DNA of 64,000 nt from a virus (IMGVR_UViG_3300001528_000580:128001-192000); one strand, 5' to 3'. Shown: positions 40,319 to 50,607, counted from the stretch's first letter. The notes: a model not told the origin generated them from the sequence alone. Numbers and translations are program-made.

Positions 40319-40762
40319 TTATTCAGATGGTGTTGGATCTACAATTTCTTGGATTTGATCTTTTGTTGATTTATCATTTTCTTGATGATCATTTTCATTA
40401 TATTTATCTAACAATAGATTTGTTTCGTTTAATGTTTCTACAACGCTTTCTAACATTTTTTGATATTCTTCTGGTGTTCTTTCCTCTTTTAAAAATTTCA
40501 TTATTCGCACATTAAGATTACTTAATGAAATTCCTGTATTTTTGATAATATAATTATGAAGTAATATACATTCACTTGAAACTTTATGTCTTATTAAACG
40601 TTGTCTATTGTTATAATTATTTTGTTCAATAATTAATTGTTTATCTTTATTGTATGTTATATGAAAAACTCTACGTGTTAATGTTAATTCAACAATAAGT
40701 ATTGACAAAAACAATATACCTATTGCAATATAAGCTAATTTCTTTTTATCTTTCAGAAACAT
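40319..40762 (-). CDS. Membrane-anchored hypothetical protein
   Basis: N-terminal TM helix. Confidence 0.6.
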   Translation of the reverse strand: MFLKDKKKLAYIAIGILFLSILIVELTLTRRVFHITYNKDKQLIIEQNNYNNRQRLIRHKVSSECILLHNYIIKNTGISLSNLNVRIMKFLKEERTPEEYQKMLESVVETLNETNLLLDKYNENDHQENDKSTKDQIQEIVDPTPSE

Positions 40763-40879
40763 TTACATTAACCCTATATTTTTTGAATTAAACATTTTTA
40801 TATACAATTAGATGGATTTTTTATTTTTATTATAAAAATCCATCTCCTCACAATGAAAATATATTAAATTTTTTGTTAA

Positions 40880-41830
40880 TTAACAAACTTCACAATATTT
40901 GCAACATGTTACAAGAACATTATTATAATCTGAACTTAATACTTCTTTTTTAAATTCTTCAATTACCTCTTTTGAAATTTTTGCTACTCTCATTGCTTCA
41001 CAACATTTTCCAATTAAAGAAAATGCATTTCCATCTGTACCAACAAGTTTTACTTTTGGTTTTTTATTACTAATTTTTTTGTCGTTCCAATCATAAACTT
41101 TTGACATTGAACATTCATTATTAATAATATCGTTACACAAAGAGTTAATTAATTTTTCCCATTCATTTGATAATTCATAAAAGGCATTGTCAATAGTACC
41201 ATCACCAGTGAATGAAAAATCATTATAATATCCTTTTCCTGAACATTCAGAACATTGTTCATCATCTTCTTCATTGATAAAATATCCCATTCCATTGCAT
41301 TCTGGACATTCTTCTTTTTCACCATCTACATCAACATATCCACAACCATCACAATTACTGCAATTTTCTTCTGTTTGTTCTCCTGAAAAATAACCAATTC
41401 CATCACAATTATCACACGATTCATGATCAATATGACTTGCAAAATAATTCATAATATTATCAAATTTAATTGTAATTTCATTTTTTTCAAAATATTTTTT
41501 AAACAAACTATGCATTTCTTCAAAAAGATCAATATTATCTGACTTTTTTGAAAAAAATCCCTTACCAATAGTTTCAAACGATGCATATCCATTATCAAAA
41601 TATTGTTGATGTCCACCGTTATTAACTTGATAAGTATAATTCATAAGGTTAATAATTAAGAAAATTCTTTCATCAAGTTCAAGAAGATAATTATAACATT
41701 CTTCTGTTTCCATATCTTCAGAAAATAATTTTCTTGTTTCATGAATGATCGCAGAAATTTTATCGTTTTCTTTAAATTCTTTTGAGTTAATAATATTATT
41801 GATAAAAACATTCCGTTCAAAATTAATCAT
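40880..41830 (-). CDS. DUF4375/DMP19-like domain, DnaJ-type CxxCxGxG zinc finger and small C-terminal domain
   Basis: YQVNNGGHQQYFDNGY; four CxxCxGxG repeats; VKLVGTDGNAFSLIG. Confidence 0.75.
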   Translation of the reverse strand: MINFERNVFINNIINSKEFKENDKISAIIHETRKLFSEDMETEECYNYLLELDERIFLIINLMNYTYQVNNGGHQQYFDNGYASFETIGKGFFSKKSDNIDLFEEMHSLFKKYFEKNEITIKFDNIMNYFASHIDHESCDNCDGIGYFSGEQTEENCSNCDGCGYVDVDGEKEECPECNGMGYFINEEDDEQCSECSGKGYYNDFSFTGDGTIDNAFYELSNEWEKLINSLCNDIINNECSMSKVYDWNDKKISNKKPKVKLVGTDGNAFSLIGKCCEAMRVAKISKEVIEEFKKEVLSSDYNNVLVTCCKYCEVC

Positions 41831-41860
41831 GATTTTATTCCTTATATAATTAGATCGTTA

Positions 41861-43372
41861 TTATATGACATTGCTTATATCATATTTATTTGCAAATGCG
41901 AAGTTGCTTTTGCAAAAATCAATATAAGATTTCAATATCATATCATTTGCTACATAAACATCATTTGATTTATGAGGTTCTGCTTTAACAAATTGAATAA
42001 GAGAATGAATAAACTCAAGTCTATCTACAAATTTCTCGTATTTGTTAGTAGAAGCACAAAATCTAAGTTCTATTGTAGAACCATTAGAAATATTAACTGC
42101 TGAATGTCTTCCGTAATCAGATACTCCCCACTCTGTTCTTCTTTTCATAACATGACTGCAATAATTATTGAATTCTCTACCACAAAAAACTTCCATCAAT
42201 TCAAAGTTTAAGTTAATAAAACAATCAAGGAATGAAATTTCATCAGAATTCAATTTATCTCTGCCAATGTGACAATGAATACCACAGTTATTATAATTTG
42301 TAATTCCTAATTCTTGAATAGTACCAAATAATCCTTCCCACGGAATCTTATTCATATGAGCTTTAAATGTTGCAGGATGAGAAACAATCTCTACCCCATA
42401 ACTGGGAATACTGGAATCCTTCTTAAAATAAAGAAGTTTTCTATTTGTGAAAATTTGTACTAATCGATCTATATTTGAACTATTGGAACAACCACCAATT
42501 TCAAATTCAACTCCAAGAAAAATAGGATTTACCTCACCATCTGTGGAAGTAAACTTCAATTTAAATGGTTTATAAGAATAGTTTAATATATGTGAATCTG
42601 GATTACATTTATTACAATGAGAACCATCCATATCAATACATTTGTAGTTAAGGTTATATGTGAATTCGCAATCTTCACAAGTAAAATAATTTTTTGAAAA
42701 ACATTTAGAACAAAACTTTTTAGTTCTTGTCATACCATCATTGAATCGAAAAGTATTCACATTATTAATATAAAAATGTGAACAACAATCACATTTTTTA
42801 ATATCAAGATGTTTGCTATCCTTACAATTTAAACATGTAAAGAATTGATTATTATTTTTATCATGGTAAACAATACCATTTTCTTTTAAAATAAATACGT
42901 TACAATGATTACATTTACGATATTTGTTTTCAAAGCATCTTTTGCAAATATCTGCAATAATTTCATCTTCTTTTAAATGAAGATTTCCACATGAAACACA
43001 GTTAACATATTTATCTTTACAATTATGACAAAGGATTTCATTTCTTTTTGTAATGCTAACATCTTTAATGTGAAACTTTTTACAACAACCACGGCATTCA
43101 AATTTAGCCTTTTCAAAACATTCATCACAAAAATCTTTCCCCATAAAAGATTTTTTAGATTCATCGGTTAATTCTTTGTCACAAAAACAACATGTATCTG
43201 CAAAACAGAATTTTGCATCTCCACTTCTAAGATAAATATCTTTTAATGTCTCATACAATTCTGCTTCACCATAATACCTATCATTTTCATTTTTATAGGT
43301 TTTAAACTTATTCATCTGCTTCATCATTCTCATGAACTCATCACTATCAGGTATATTAGGCATAATTACCAT
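41861..43372 (-). CDS. Putative amidoligase, paralog 7 (about 12 CxxC)
   Basis: GVEFEIGG, KKDSSIP.YG, EIVSHP, CGIHCH, RHSAVN..TIELRF. Confidence 0.85.
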   Translation of the reverse strand: MVIMPNIPDSDEFMRMMKQMNKFKTYKNENDRYYGEAELYETLKDIYLRSGDAKFCFADTCCFCDKELTDESKKSFMGKDFCDECFEKAKFECRGCCKKFHIKDVSITKRNEILCHNCKDKYVNCVSCGNLHLKEDEIIADICKRCFENKYRKCNHCNVFILKENGIVYHDKNNNQFFTCLNCKDSKHLDIKKCDCCSHFYINNVNTFRFNDGMTRTKKFCSKCFSKNYFTCEDCEFTYNLNYKCIDMDGSHCNKCNPDSHILNYSYKPFKLKFTSTDGEVNPIFLGVEFEIGGCSNSSNIDRLVQIFTNRKLLYFKKDSSIPSYGVEIVSHPATFKAHMNKIPWEGLFGTIQELGITNYNNCGIHCHIGRDKLNSDEISFLDCFINLNFELMEVFCGREFNNYCSHVMKRRTEWGVSDYGRHSAVNISNGSTIELRFCASTNKYEKFVDRLEFIHSLIQFVKAEPHKSNDVYVANDMILKSYIDFCKSNFAFANKYDISNVI

Positions 43373-43415
43373 TTCACTCCTTAATGAAATTTTTATTTTA
43401 ATTTGTCATAACTAT

Positions 43416-43443
43416 AAAATAGCATTGATTTTATTTATTACAA
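43416..43443 (-). promoter_or_regulatory. Sigma70-like promoter of amidoligase 7
   Basis: TTGTAA-N16-TATTTT with TG extension. Confidence 0.65.
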
Positions 43444-43513
43444 GCATAAAAACAAAAAAAATGAAAAAAATTTTATAAATTTAATAAATTAAAAAGATAA
43501 AAGGAGATTTGTT

Positions 43514-44059
43514 ATGAATTTAATAAGTAAAGAACTTATGAAGTTATCAAAAGAAATATACAAAATAGCATCAACTGGAAATTCAGGAATTGATTTTGAG
43601 TTGCACACAGAAGGTGAATTTGTTTTTAAAGTTGAATTTGATGGTAAAAAAATAAAATTTGGTAAAAAACCAATTGAAACACCAAGATTATTATCATTTG
43701 ATGCTATTGGAGATGAAGAAGGTTCTGAAAATATCAAAGAAAAGTTAATTGAAATTAAAAATGCATTCTTCAAAAAGGATGAATTATTTGATTACTTTGG
43801 TTCTTTAGCTCGCAATAAAGAAATAGAAGTTGGAACATATGAAGTAAAATTAACATTAGATAAAAATCCAGTAAAAACATTATTTAATGGTGGAAGAAGA
43901 GGATATTTAACTGGTGGTGAAGATATTACTTTTGATGAAGTTCCTTATACATTAACTTTTGAAGATGATGAAATTGAAAAAGGAAAATGTGAAGTTCAAA
44001 TTGTCTTTACAAATGCAATTGAAAAATGGTATGATGAAACATTTAAGAAGTACAGATAA
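43514..44059 (+). CDS. Hypothetical leader-bearing protein
   Basis: N-terminus MNLISKELMKLSKEIYKIAS; AAGGAG RBS. Confidence 0.7.
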   Translation: MNLISKELMKLSKEIYKIASTGNSGIDFELHTEGEFVFKVEFDGKKIKFGKKPIETPRLLSFDAIGDEEGSENIKEKLIEIKNAFFKKDELFDYFGSLARNKEIEVGTYEVKLTLDKNPVKTLFNGGRRGYLTGGEDITFDEVPYTLTFEDDEIEKGKCEVQIVFTNAIEKWYDETFKKYR

Positions 44060-44084
44060 TATAAAAAAATAAAATGCAAATAAT

Positions 44085-44114
44085 AAAAATGACTGGAATT
44101 TTCCAGTCATTTTT
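44085..44114. terminator. Bidirectional terminator
   Basis: AAAAATGACTGGAA/TTCCAGTCATTTTT. Confidence 0.9.
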
Positions 44115-44505
44115 AATTTAATCTTAAAAAATTATTGTTTTCATTATTCAATTCATCAAGAACTTTCTTACAAGCATCCTCTGCTATTTTAACACCAATT
44201 TTATAATATTTATCATTTCTTATGTCAAGATATTTTTGAAATATATTAAAAACTTCTTTTTTGAATTTTAAGTCATTAGAAATAATATATAAATATGGTG
44301 GATAACCAACTACATTATTTAATTCTAACTCTTCAAAATCTCTGATTAAGTGTTTTTTTCCACTTGAGGTTTCTTCGACATATATATCATGTGTATTAGG
44401 ATGTTGAGAATATTTAATTACTTTATCTTTTATTATTCTAAAAATAAAATAATTACCTTTTTTATCTGTATCTATTACAGCTATATATAGATATAAGTTA
44501 TTCAT
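44113..44505 (-). CDS. Hypothetical protein
   Basis: AGGAG RBS. Confidence 0.65.
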   Translation of the reverse strand: MNNLYLYIAVIDTDKKGNYFIFRIIKDKVIKYSQHPNTHDIYVEETSSGKKHLIRDFEELELNNVVGYPPYLYIISNDLKFKKEVFNIFQKYLDIRNDKYYKIGVKIAEDACKKVLDELNNENNNFLRLN

Positions 44506-44565
44506 ATTTATCTCCTAGTTGTCTATAGTACAAATAATATACAATAAAATTAAAAAAATATGAAT

Positions 44566-44754
44566 TTATTGCTCATCTTTTTCATATTTTTTCATTATAT
44601 TTACTATCTGTTTTCTTTGATTAGCAGATAAGTTTGATTTTTTCTGCTTTATAAGTTCATATTCTTTTTTTATATTTATTCCTATCATTTCAAACTCTGC
44701 TTCAATTTGTTTAAATGGGAATTTTATATCAATATCAAATAAAGATTTATTCAT
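44566..44754 (-). CDS. Small hypothetical protein, tandem paralog of 44747-44932
   Basis: EYELIKQKKSNLSANQRKQIV; start revised to MNKSLF. Confidence 0.7.
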   Translation of the reverse strand: MNKSLFDIDIKFPFKQIEAEFEMIGINIKKEYELIKQKKSNLSANQRKQIVNIMKKYEKDEQ

Positions 44755-44932
44755 TTTCCATTTCCATAAGCATAACAATTGTTCGACGATCATTTGCAGA
44801 AAGATTTGATTTCTTTTGTTTAATCAATTCATATTCAGCAACAATATCAAATCCATTATTTTTAAATTCTTTAATAATTTCATCTTTTGTTTTGCGTTTT
44901 TCGTGACCATGATTTCCACAACTGCAACACAT
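44747..44932 (-). CDS. Small hypothetical protein, tandem paralog of 44566-44754
   Basis: EYELIKQKKSNLSANDRRTIV; AAGGAG RBS. Confidence 0.7.
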   Translation of the reverse strand: MCCSCGNHGHEKRKTKDEIIKEFKNNGFDIVAEYELIKQKKSNLSANDRRTIVMLMEMENE

Positions 44933-44964
44933 AATTAAAGCTCCTTATTTGTTTGTTTATAAAT

Positions 44965-45038
44965 AATATAATGTATTTTGTATGAAAGTCAAGTTTTTTT
45001 CTAAAAATATTTGATTTTTTTGAAATCTAAATTATATT
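44965..45038. promoter_or_regulatory. Back-to-back divergent promoters
   Basis: Minus: TTGACT-N16-TATATT (44965-44992); plus: TTGATT-N16-TATATT (45011-45038). Confidence 0.75.
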
Positions 45039-45056
45039 ATAGTATATGGATAAAAA

Positions 45057-45455
45057 ATGGAGATTAAAATGATTATTTATATAGAACTATCAAAGATTTT
45101 AAAAGAAAGATTAAATTTAGAAGGAAAAAATTTAAATGAATTATATGAAGATAATGATTTAAGACATATTATTGACTTAAGTAACTATCCAGAATTAAAA
45201 ACAAAATATAAAGATTATATTAGTAAACTAGATAATAAAGAATATTTAATAGATGAAGTAATTGATTGTTTTGAATTTGAAAGTGATAAAAAAATTGATT
45301 TATTTAGAAATTATATATTAACAAAAAAAGAATTAGAAAAATATGTCATTCCACTATTGAAAAAAGATGAAGATATTAAAAATTTTAATGAATTTATATT
45401 AAAAAATTTTAATGAAGATGAAGATTATATATTTTTTGAATATTATCCATTTTAA
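45057..45455 (+). CDS. Hypothetical acidic protein
   Basis: Promoter 45011-45038; true start probably 45069 after GGAG. Confidence 0.65.
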   Translation: MEIKMIIYIELSKILKERLNLEGKNLNELYEDNDLRHIIDLSNYPELKTKYKDYISKLDNKEYLIDEVIDCFEFESDKKIDLFRNYILTKKELEKYVIPLLKKDEDIKNFNEFILKNFNEDEDYIFFEYYPF

Positions 45456-45517
45456 TTAAAATTTCAAAATACAATAAAACAATTAAATAAAAATGCCATA
45501 AAAAATAAAAAAATCGC

Positions 45518-45545
45518 TTGTATTTTTATAGAAAAGCTGTATATT
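45518..45545 (+). promoter_or_regulatory. Sigma70-like promoter
   Basis: TTGTAT-N16-TATATT. Confidence 0.75.
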
Positions 45546-45596
45546 ATATAAATACAAGGAATAAAAATATATAATTATTCTTAAAAAAGAGGTTTT

Positions 45597-46142
45597 ATGT
45601 CAAAAATAAAAAGTTATACAGAACTATGTAAATACATTACAGATGGTTTGCCAATTTCAACTATTTCAGTAGATAAAAATGATTTATCTTTTTGGAATAC
45701 TGATACAGTTGGGTATTTTCCAAATTTACAAAGATGGTTATCTTTAAATCCATCTAAAGAAGTTGGGCAAATACATTGTTCCAACTGGAAAGATACATTT
45801 GGTTTTATTAAAGATGTGAAAAATATTTCAAGTTTATTTTTTACAAAATTAGATAATAATATCGAATTTTTTGATTTAAACGATATTGATAGGATGAGAT
45901 GTTTTTTATTGATAATGTTCAATATTCTACCAAATGCCAAAAGAATTGTAATAGAAAATAATTATATCTATATTCTTGAAGATGATAATGTACAAATAGG
46001 ATATTTCATTAATTTTCTAAAATTAAAAAACATTGAAAATAAAACAATTACTTTTAGAAAAGAAAACATGGAAAAACAATTAGAAGTATTTGGATTAGGT
46101 GGTTCAGATAATACAAGAGTTATTCCTATAATTCAAGAGTAA
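45597..46142 (+). CDS. Hypothetical protein
   Basis: Promoter 45518-45545, GAGG RBS, terminator. Confidence 0.7.
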   Translation: MSKIKSYTELCKYITDGLPISTISVDKNDLSFWNTDTVGYFPNLQRWLSLNPSKEVGQIHCSNWKDTFGFIKDVKNISSLFFTKLDNNIEFFDLNDIDRMRCFLLIMFNILPNAKRIVIENNYIYILEDDNVQIGYFINFLKLKNIENKTITFRKENMEKQLEVFGLGGSDNTRVIPIIQE

Positions 46143-46160
46143 AAATAATTAAAATTTTAT

Positions 46161-46193
46161 AAAGGACGTTATTCAAATATAACGTCTTTTTTT
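46161..46193 (+). terminator. Intrinsic terminator
   Basis: GACGTTAT/ATAACGTC stem and T-tract. Confidence 0.75.
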
Positions 46194-46229
46194 ATATTTT
46201 TTTATTATTAAAAATAAAAGGAATAAATA

Positions 46230-46913
46230 ATGAAATTATCAAAAGGATTAACTAATATTGCTAAAATTCTAGTAGCAACAGATGAACGTAGAGGAAATGG
46301 ATCTTCATTTGAAGAGTATACTGGTGCTGTTACTTATACCTATAAGGGTCAAGAATATGAATGCACTGTTAAGAATGCATATTTTAGTATGGATAAAGAA
46401 GGTAATTTTACTTGGGAACAAGGAGATTTTATCAGTGGTGATTGGTGTAATGGAACATGGAAATCAGGTGCATGGAAAAATGGTGTTTGGCATAATGGAA
46501 CATTTGAAAATGGTACATGGGTAAAAGGCGTATGGCATGATGGTGTATGGTTAGATGGAATTTTTAAAGAAGGTTGGGTTTCAAATATTATTTGGCACAA
46601 AGGTATTTGGAAATATGGCGTATTTGAAAATGGTGAATGGTATGATGGAACATGGTTAGGTGGATTTTTTCATGGTGGTGTTTGGAAAAATGGTGAATGG
46701 GAAGGTGGAAAATGGTATGGTGGAGAATGGAACAAAGGAAGAATTAGAGGAACAGAATATACTATAAGTCCAGCAGAATTTGCCGATGGAGATGATGAAC
46801 TTGATGAAGATGATCCAGTAATAGTTGATCAAAAACAAATTCCAGTAGAAGAAAATGATTCTGATAAAGAATCTGAAACACCTTCAACAGATGATCAAAA
46901 TGGTGAAAACTAA
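46230..46913 (+). CDS. Leader-bearing G-x-W/F pentapeptide-repeat protein with acidic tail
   Basis: About 20 repeats such as NGTWK, NGVWH, DGVWL; N-terminus MKLSKGLTNIAKILVA. Confidence 0.8.
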   Translation: MKLSKGLTNIAKILVATDERRGNGSSFEEYTGAVTYTYKGQEYECTVKNAYFSMDKEGNFTWEQGDFISGDWCNGTWKSGAWKNGVWHNGTFENGTWVKGVWHDGVWLDGIFKEGWVSNIIWHKGIWKYGVFENGEWYDGTWLGGFFHGGVWKNGEWEGGKWYGGEWNKGRIRGTEYTISPAEFADGDDELDEDDPVIVDQKQIPVEENDSDKESETPSTDDQNGEN

Positions 46914-46938
46914 TGGTTTAGTCTAATAATTAATATTT

Positions 46939-46972
46939 AGAGTTTATCCTTTAAAAGATAAACTCTTTTTTT
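46939..46972 (+). terminator. Intrinsic terminator
   Basis: AGAGTTTATC/GATAAACTCT stem and T-tract. Confidence 0.75.
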
Positions 46973-46984
46973 ATATACTTATAA

Positions 46985-47242
46985 ATGAATTTAGGAGAAA
47001 ATATGAGAAATTATTTAATGATTAAAAATATGTCAATAAAAGAAAATATGAAATTAATTATTGAATGTTGTGAATATAAAAATTGTAAAAAATATCTTAA
47101 TTTATTTAACTTAAATTTTTCTAAAAATGATATGTTAGAATTTTTATGGAATAATGGATTTGAAAAAGGATTAAAATATTTAACAGATGAAGAAATAAAA
47201 ACATATACATTATTTTTCTTATGTAAAAATTATGTTGAGTAA
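46985..47242 (+). CDS. Hypothetical protein
   Basis: Probable start 47003 after AGGAG. Confidence 0.55.
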   Translation: MNLGENMRNYLMIKNMSIKENMKLIIECCEYKNCKKYLNLFNLNFSKNDMLEFLWNNGFEKGLKYLTDEEIKTYTLFFLCKNYVE

Positions 47243-47343
47243 AATTTCATTAAGAATAAATTCGTTTTATTTTTTAAAAAAAATGAATTTGTTTTATTTT
47301 TTTATAAATTCCTTTATAAAACTATAAAAGGAAAATAAATAAA

Positions 47344-47736
47344 ATGAAATATATTGAAATAGCAAGAGAAGTATATAAAATTGCGGCAAATGAAGCTACC
47401 GTTGATGCTTCAATGTGGGAAGATATAATTTATTTAATCAAAAATTTTAAAGGTGAACAAGACAGAAATGGTAAAATTATCTTAAAATTTAATTTTTGTG
47501 AATGGACAATTGATTTAAAAATAGATTATTTATTAGAAGAAAATGATGATACAAAAGAAATTTCAATAAATGAAAGTATTATTGAATTTAAAGTAAAAAA
47601 TGATGTTTATAATAAAGTAACAGAAAAATTAAAAGAAGATTTTGATAAAATAGATAATTTTGTATCAGAAATAACATCTATAAATAAAGATTTAGGAACT
47701 CAAATACAAAAAAATACATTTATGCAGTTTAGATAA
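47344..47736 (+). CDS. Hypothetical leader-bearing protein
   Basis: N-terminus MKYIEIAREVYKIAA. Confidence 0.7.
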   Translation: MKYIEIAREVYKIAANEATVDASMWEDIIYLIKNFKGEQDRNGKIILKFNFCEWTIDLKIDYLLEENDDTKEISINESIIEFKVKNDVYNKVTEKLKEDFDKIDNFVSEITSINKDLGTQIQKNTFMQFR

Positions 47737-47739
47737 AAT

Positions 47740-47770
47740 AAAAAAGGAGCGAATATTCGCTCCTTTTTTT
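47740..47770. terminator. Bidirectional terminator
   Basis: Perfect palindrome AAAAAAGGAGCGAATATTCGCTCCTTTTTT. Confidence 0.9.
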
Positions 47771-48741
47771 TATACTAATAAATCAATATATTTATTACAA
47801 ATATCTTCAATCATATCTTTACCTTGAAGACAATGAATCCATTGTTTAGGAATACTATCAAAACCAAAATATGCTCCAGCAAGTGAACCATATATTGCAC
47901 CATAAGTATCTGAATCTCCTAATTTATTAATTGCCATTATCATTCCTGTTTTAAAATCATTAGCTTTTTCAAAACATTCCATTGCTAAATAGTAACTATA
48001 TACAATATTACCAGAAGCAGATTTTTCATAAAGTTCTTCAACTGTTATTGTATCTGAAAGAACTTCATTACAAACATTCATAAAAGAATATCTTTCTGGT
48101 GTGATACATTCTTTATCTACACATAAAAATGCATCTCTAATAGCTAAAGCGTATAACATTGTGAAATTCTTACAAATATTATTATTATGAGTCGTTTTTG
48201 CACTTTCAGAGGCAAAATAAGCGCACTCAACAGGAGAATCGATGAAGTATAAGGGTATTGGCAATATTCGCATTAGAGAGCCGTTTCCAAGCGTTGTTTC
48301 ATTACCATTAAAAATAGTTCCATTATCTTTAAAATTTTTTAATGCGTCTCTTGTTGCTCCACCTGATCCTATTGATTTTTCACAGCAAGATAAATATCCA
48401 TTATAAAGCCACTCATAATATTTTTTTAACTGGTCATTATAATTAAAACCATTTTCAATTAATGAATATGCAAGACATAGCATCATAGAAGTATCATCTG
48501 TCCATGTTCCAGCAGGTAAATCTTTAAAATTGTCATGACCATTTAAAGTTCCACCATGTAACATTTGTGTTACTAATCCAATTCTATCTCTCTCACTTTT
48601 ATTTTGAAATTCTACTGGCATACCAAGAGCATCACCAACTGCGCAGCCATAGAAAGCACCTTTTATTTTATTAATAATTGCATCTTTATTGCCAAACATT
48701 AGATATGTAAATTCTTTTTTTGTCATTTTTATGGTTCCCAT
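47770..48741 (-). CDS. ADP-ribosylglycohydrolase (DraG/ARH family)
   Basis: AVGDALG, WTDDTSM, GNGSLMR, TH, GDSDT.GAI.GSLAGA; start may be 48726. Confidence 0.93.
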   Translation of the reverse strand: MGTIKMTKKEFTYLMFGNKDAIINKIKGAFYGCAVGDALGMPVEFQNKSERDRIGLVTQMLHGGTLNGHDNFKDLPAGTWTDDTSMMLCLAYSLIENGFNYNDQLKKYYEWLYNGYLSCCEKSIGSGGATRDALKNFKDNGTIFNGNETTLGNGSLMRILPIPLYFIDSPVECAYFASESAKTTHNNNICKNFTMLYALAIRDAFLCVDKECITPERYSFMNVCNEVLSDTITVEELYEKSASGNIVYSYYLAMECFEKANDFKTGMIMAINKLGDSDTYGAIYGSLAGAYFGFDSIPKQWIHCLQGKDMIEDICNKYIDLLV

Positions 48742-49472
48742 ATATATTGTCTAATTTTCATTAACTTTATTAACATTTTATTATCAGTATAATCTATTTT
48801 ATTATCTAACATATTATGAACACCAATTACTTTTTCTCTATCTGTTATATCGTTATCTGTTAAATATTTATAAATATATTCTGATTTGAATAATTTAGAA
48901 TTTTTAATTTCATCTAAAGAAGGATTTTTATATTTTGAATTTAATACATAGTAACCATCTTCTGATTTTTCAAAACATTCTTCTAGTGGATAACAAAAAG
49001 TTTCATGCCAGAAATGTAAAAAATATTCTGATTCTTTTTCTAAATTCTCACGTTCAATTTTCCACCAATTATATATTTCCAATACTTCATCTTTAATTGA
49101 TACTTCATTTATATTGATGAAGTTTTTTTCTTCCTGTTCACCAAATGGCAAATAGGAAATAAATCTATATTCATCTTCAAAATATGCAGCATCCAATTGT
49201 TTACTTTCTACAAATTGACAAAGTAAATTCATATTTGCATGTAAAATTCTATGTGGTGTATCTGCAAAATTCAATCTATCTACTCCACATTTAACTACAT
49301 CATATCGATCAAAGCCAAATACTCTTTTAAGTTTATATGCAGGAAAAATCCATTCTACAATAAAATCATAAATACTAACTGGCAACCAATCTATATTATA
49401 TAGCCATCCTTTAAATTTTGATATAGATGATTTTTTTTCTATTTTATCATCTTTTATTTTTAAAACTCTCAT
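48729..49472 (-). CDS. Conserved phage hypothetical protein
   Basis: EIYNWWK..R and D.KML.KL.KIR..IW motifs. Confidence 0.65.
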   Translation of the reverse strand: MRVLKIKDDKIEKKSSISKFKGWLYNIDWLPVSIYDFIVEWIFPAYKLKRVFGFDRYDVVKCGVDRLNFADTPHRILHANMNLLCQFVESKQLDAAYFEDEYRFISYLPFGEQEEKNFININEVSIKDEVLEIYNWWKIERENLEKESEYFLHFWHETFCYPLEECFEKSEDGYYVLNSKYKNPSLDEIKNSKLFKSEYIYKYLTDNDITDREKVIGVHNMLDNKIDYTDNKMLIKLMKIRQYIWEP

Positions 49473-49473
49473 G

Positions 49474-49935
49474 TTATACCTTTTTAAAATTCATAATTTT
49501 TGTTAAATAACTATTTGTATAAATATGTGTTTCAATATCAGAATTGACACTTTCTACATATGACAATACCTTTTTGAAATTAATTGTTTTTAATTTTTCT
49601 CCAAAAATAAAAAATCTTTTTGAATATCTTATTTCATAATCCAATAAATTACTTTCAAATTCTGGATCATCTAACATATTTTGATGATGTTCACTACATA
49701 CAAAAAAAAGATTTTCTGTATATGGATAGAATATATTACATTTTTTACCAACTACTTTAACAGTATTTTTATCTATATATAAATTACAATCGTAAAAAAT
49801 ATAGTCATAATATCCTTTAATCGTTTTTAATGTTTCATTATATAAATAAAAACAATCTTGTGATGAATATCTATTTATCAATAAAGTTTTTACACCTATA
49901 ATTTCTTTACTTCCTACATCATACATTTTTAGCAT
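49474..49935 (-). CDS. Hypothetical protein
   Basis: ORF with AAGGA RBS. Confidence 0.6.
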   Translation of the reverse strand: MLKMYDVGSKEIIGVKTLLINRYSSQDCFYLYNETLKTIKGYYDYIFYDCNLYIDKNTVKVVGKKCNIFYPYTENLFFVCSEHHQNMLDDPEFESNLLDYEIRYSKRFFIFGEKLKTINFKKVLSYVESVNSDIETHIYTNSYLTKIMNFKKV

Positions 49936-50551
49936 TCCTTTGTCTATTGCATTTTTGACAGATTCTTCTTATCCAACCACTTGTTTCAATAATTTTATTA
50001 TTTTCTGTCTCTGAACAACCACATATTTCACATATATTATAACATTCTTTTTGTGCTTCTTTTATTAATTGGTTTACCTTTTTATAATATTCTATCTGTT
50101 CCTCTTTTGAAATATTTTTCTTTGTTTTTAAATATAAATAATTAATAAATCTTATTATTGTATTAATCGGTTTTTTCATAAAACCAATTTTTTTAGTTAT
50201 AATATATTTATAATAATAAATTTTATTATTTCTTTTTATATAACTAATTATATTATCACATAAATGTTGACCATCAGGAATTTCATATAATAATACTTTT
50301 TCATTTAAATTAAAATAAAAGCATAAAGATCCAAACTTTTCTTTAACTTGTTCTGCTTCTATGTTAAATTTAAATGGTTTCAATTCTTTATTTATTAATT
50401 CCAATTTAATGGTTAGTTTTTCTAAAGGAATAAACCACCCATCTCCACAAGTAAAACCAGATGACATACATGAATTATATGAATCTAATTTTCTTTGTTT
50501 ATATAAAATTTTACCTAATTTATACAATTTTTTTTCATGTATTATGTTCAT
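49919..50551 (-). CDS. Conserved phage hypothetical protein
   Basis: GFTCGDGW, QVKEKFGSL.FY, CEICG..GWI...C..C. Confidence 0.7.
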   Translation of the reverse strand: MNIIHEKKLYKLGKILYKQRKLDSYNSCMSSGFTCGDGWFIPLEKLTIKLELINKELKPFKFNIEAEQVKEKFGSLCFYFNLNEKVLLYEIPDGQHLCDNIISYIKRNNKIYYYKYIITKKIGFMKKPINTIIRFINYLYLKTKKNISKEEQIEYYKKVNQLIKEAQKECYNICEICGCSETENNKIIETSGWIRRICQKCNRQRNAKNV

Positions 50552-50579
50552 TATATGCTCCGTATTTCAATAATATATT

Positions 50580-50607
50580 AATATAACACATGAAATAAAA
50601 AATACAA
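50580..50607 (-). promoter_or_regulatory. Sigma70-like promoter
   Basis: TTGTAT-N16-TATATT with TGTG extension. Confidence 0.75.
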
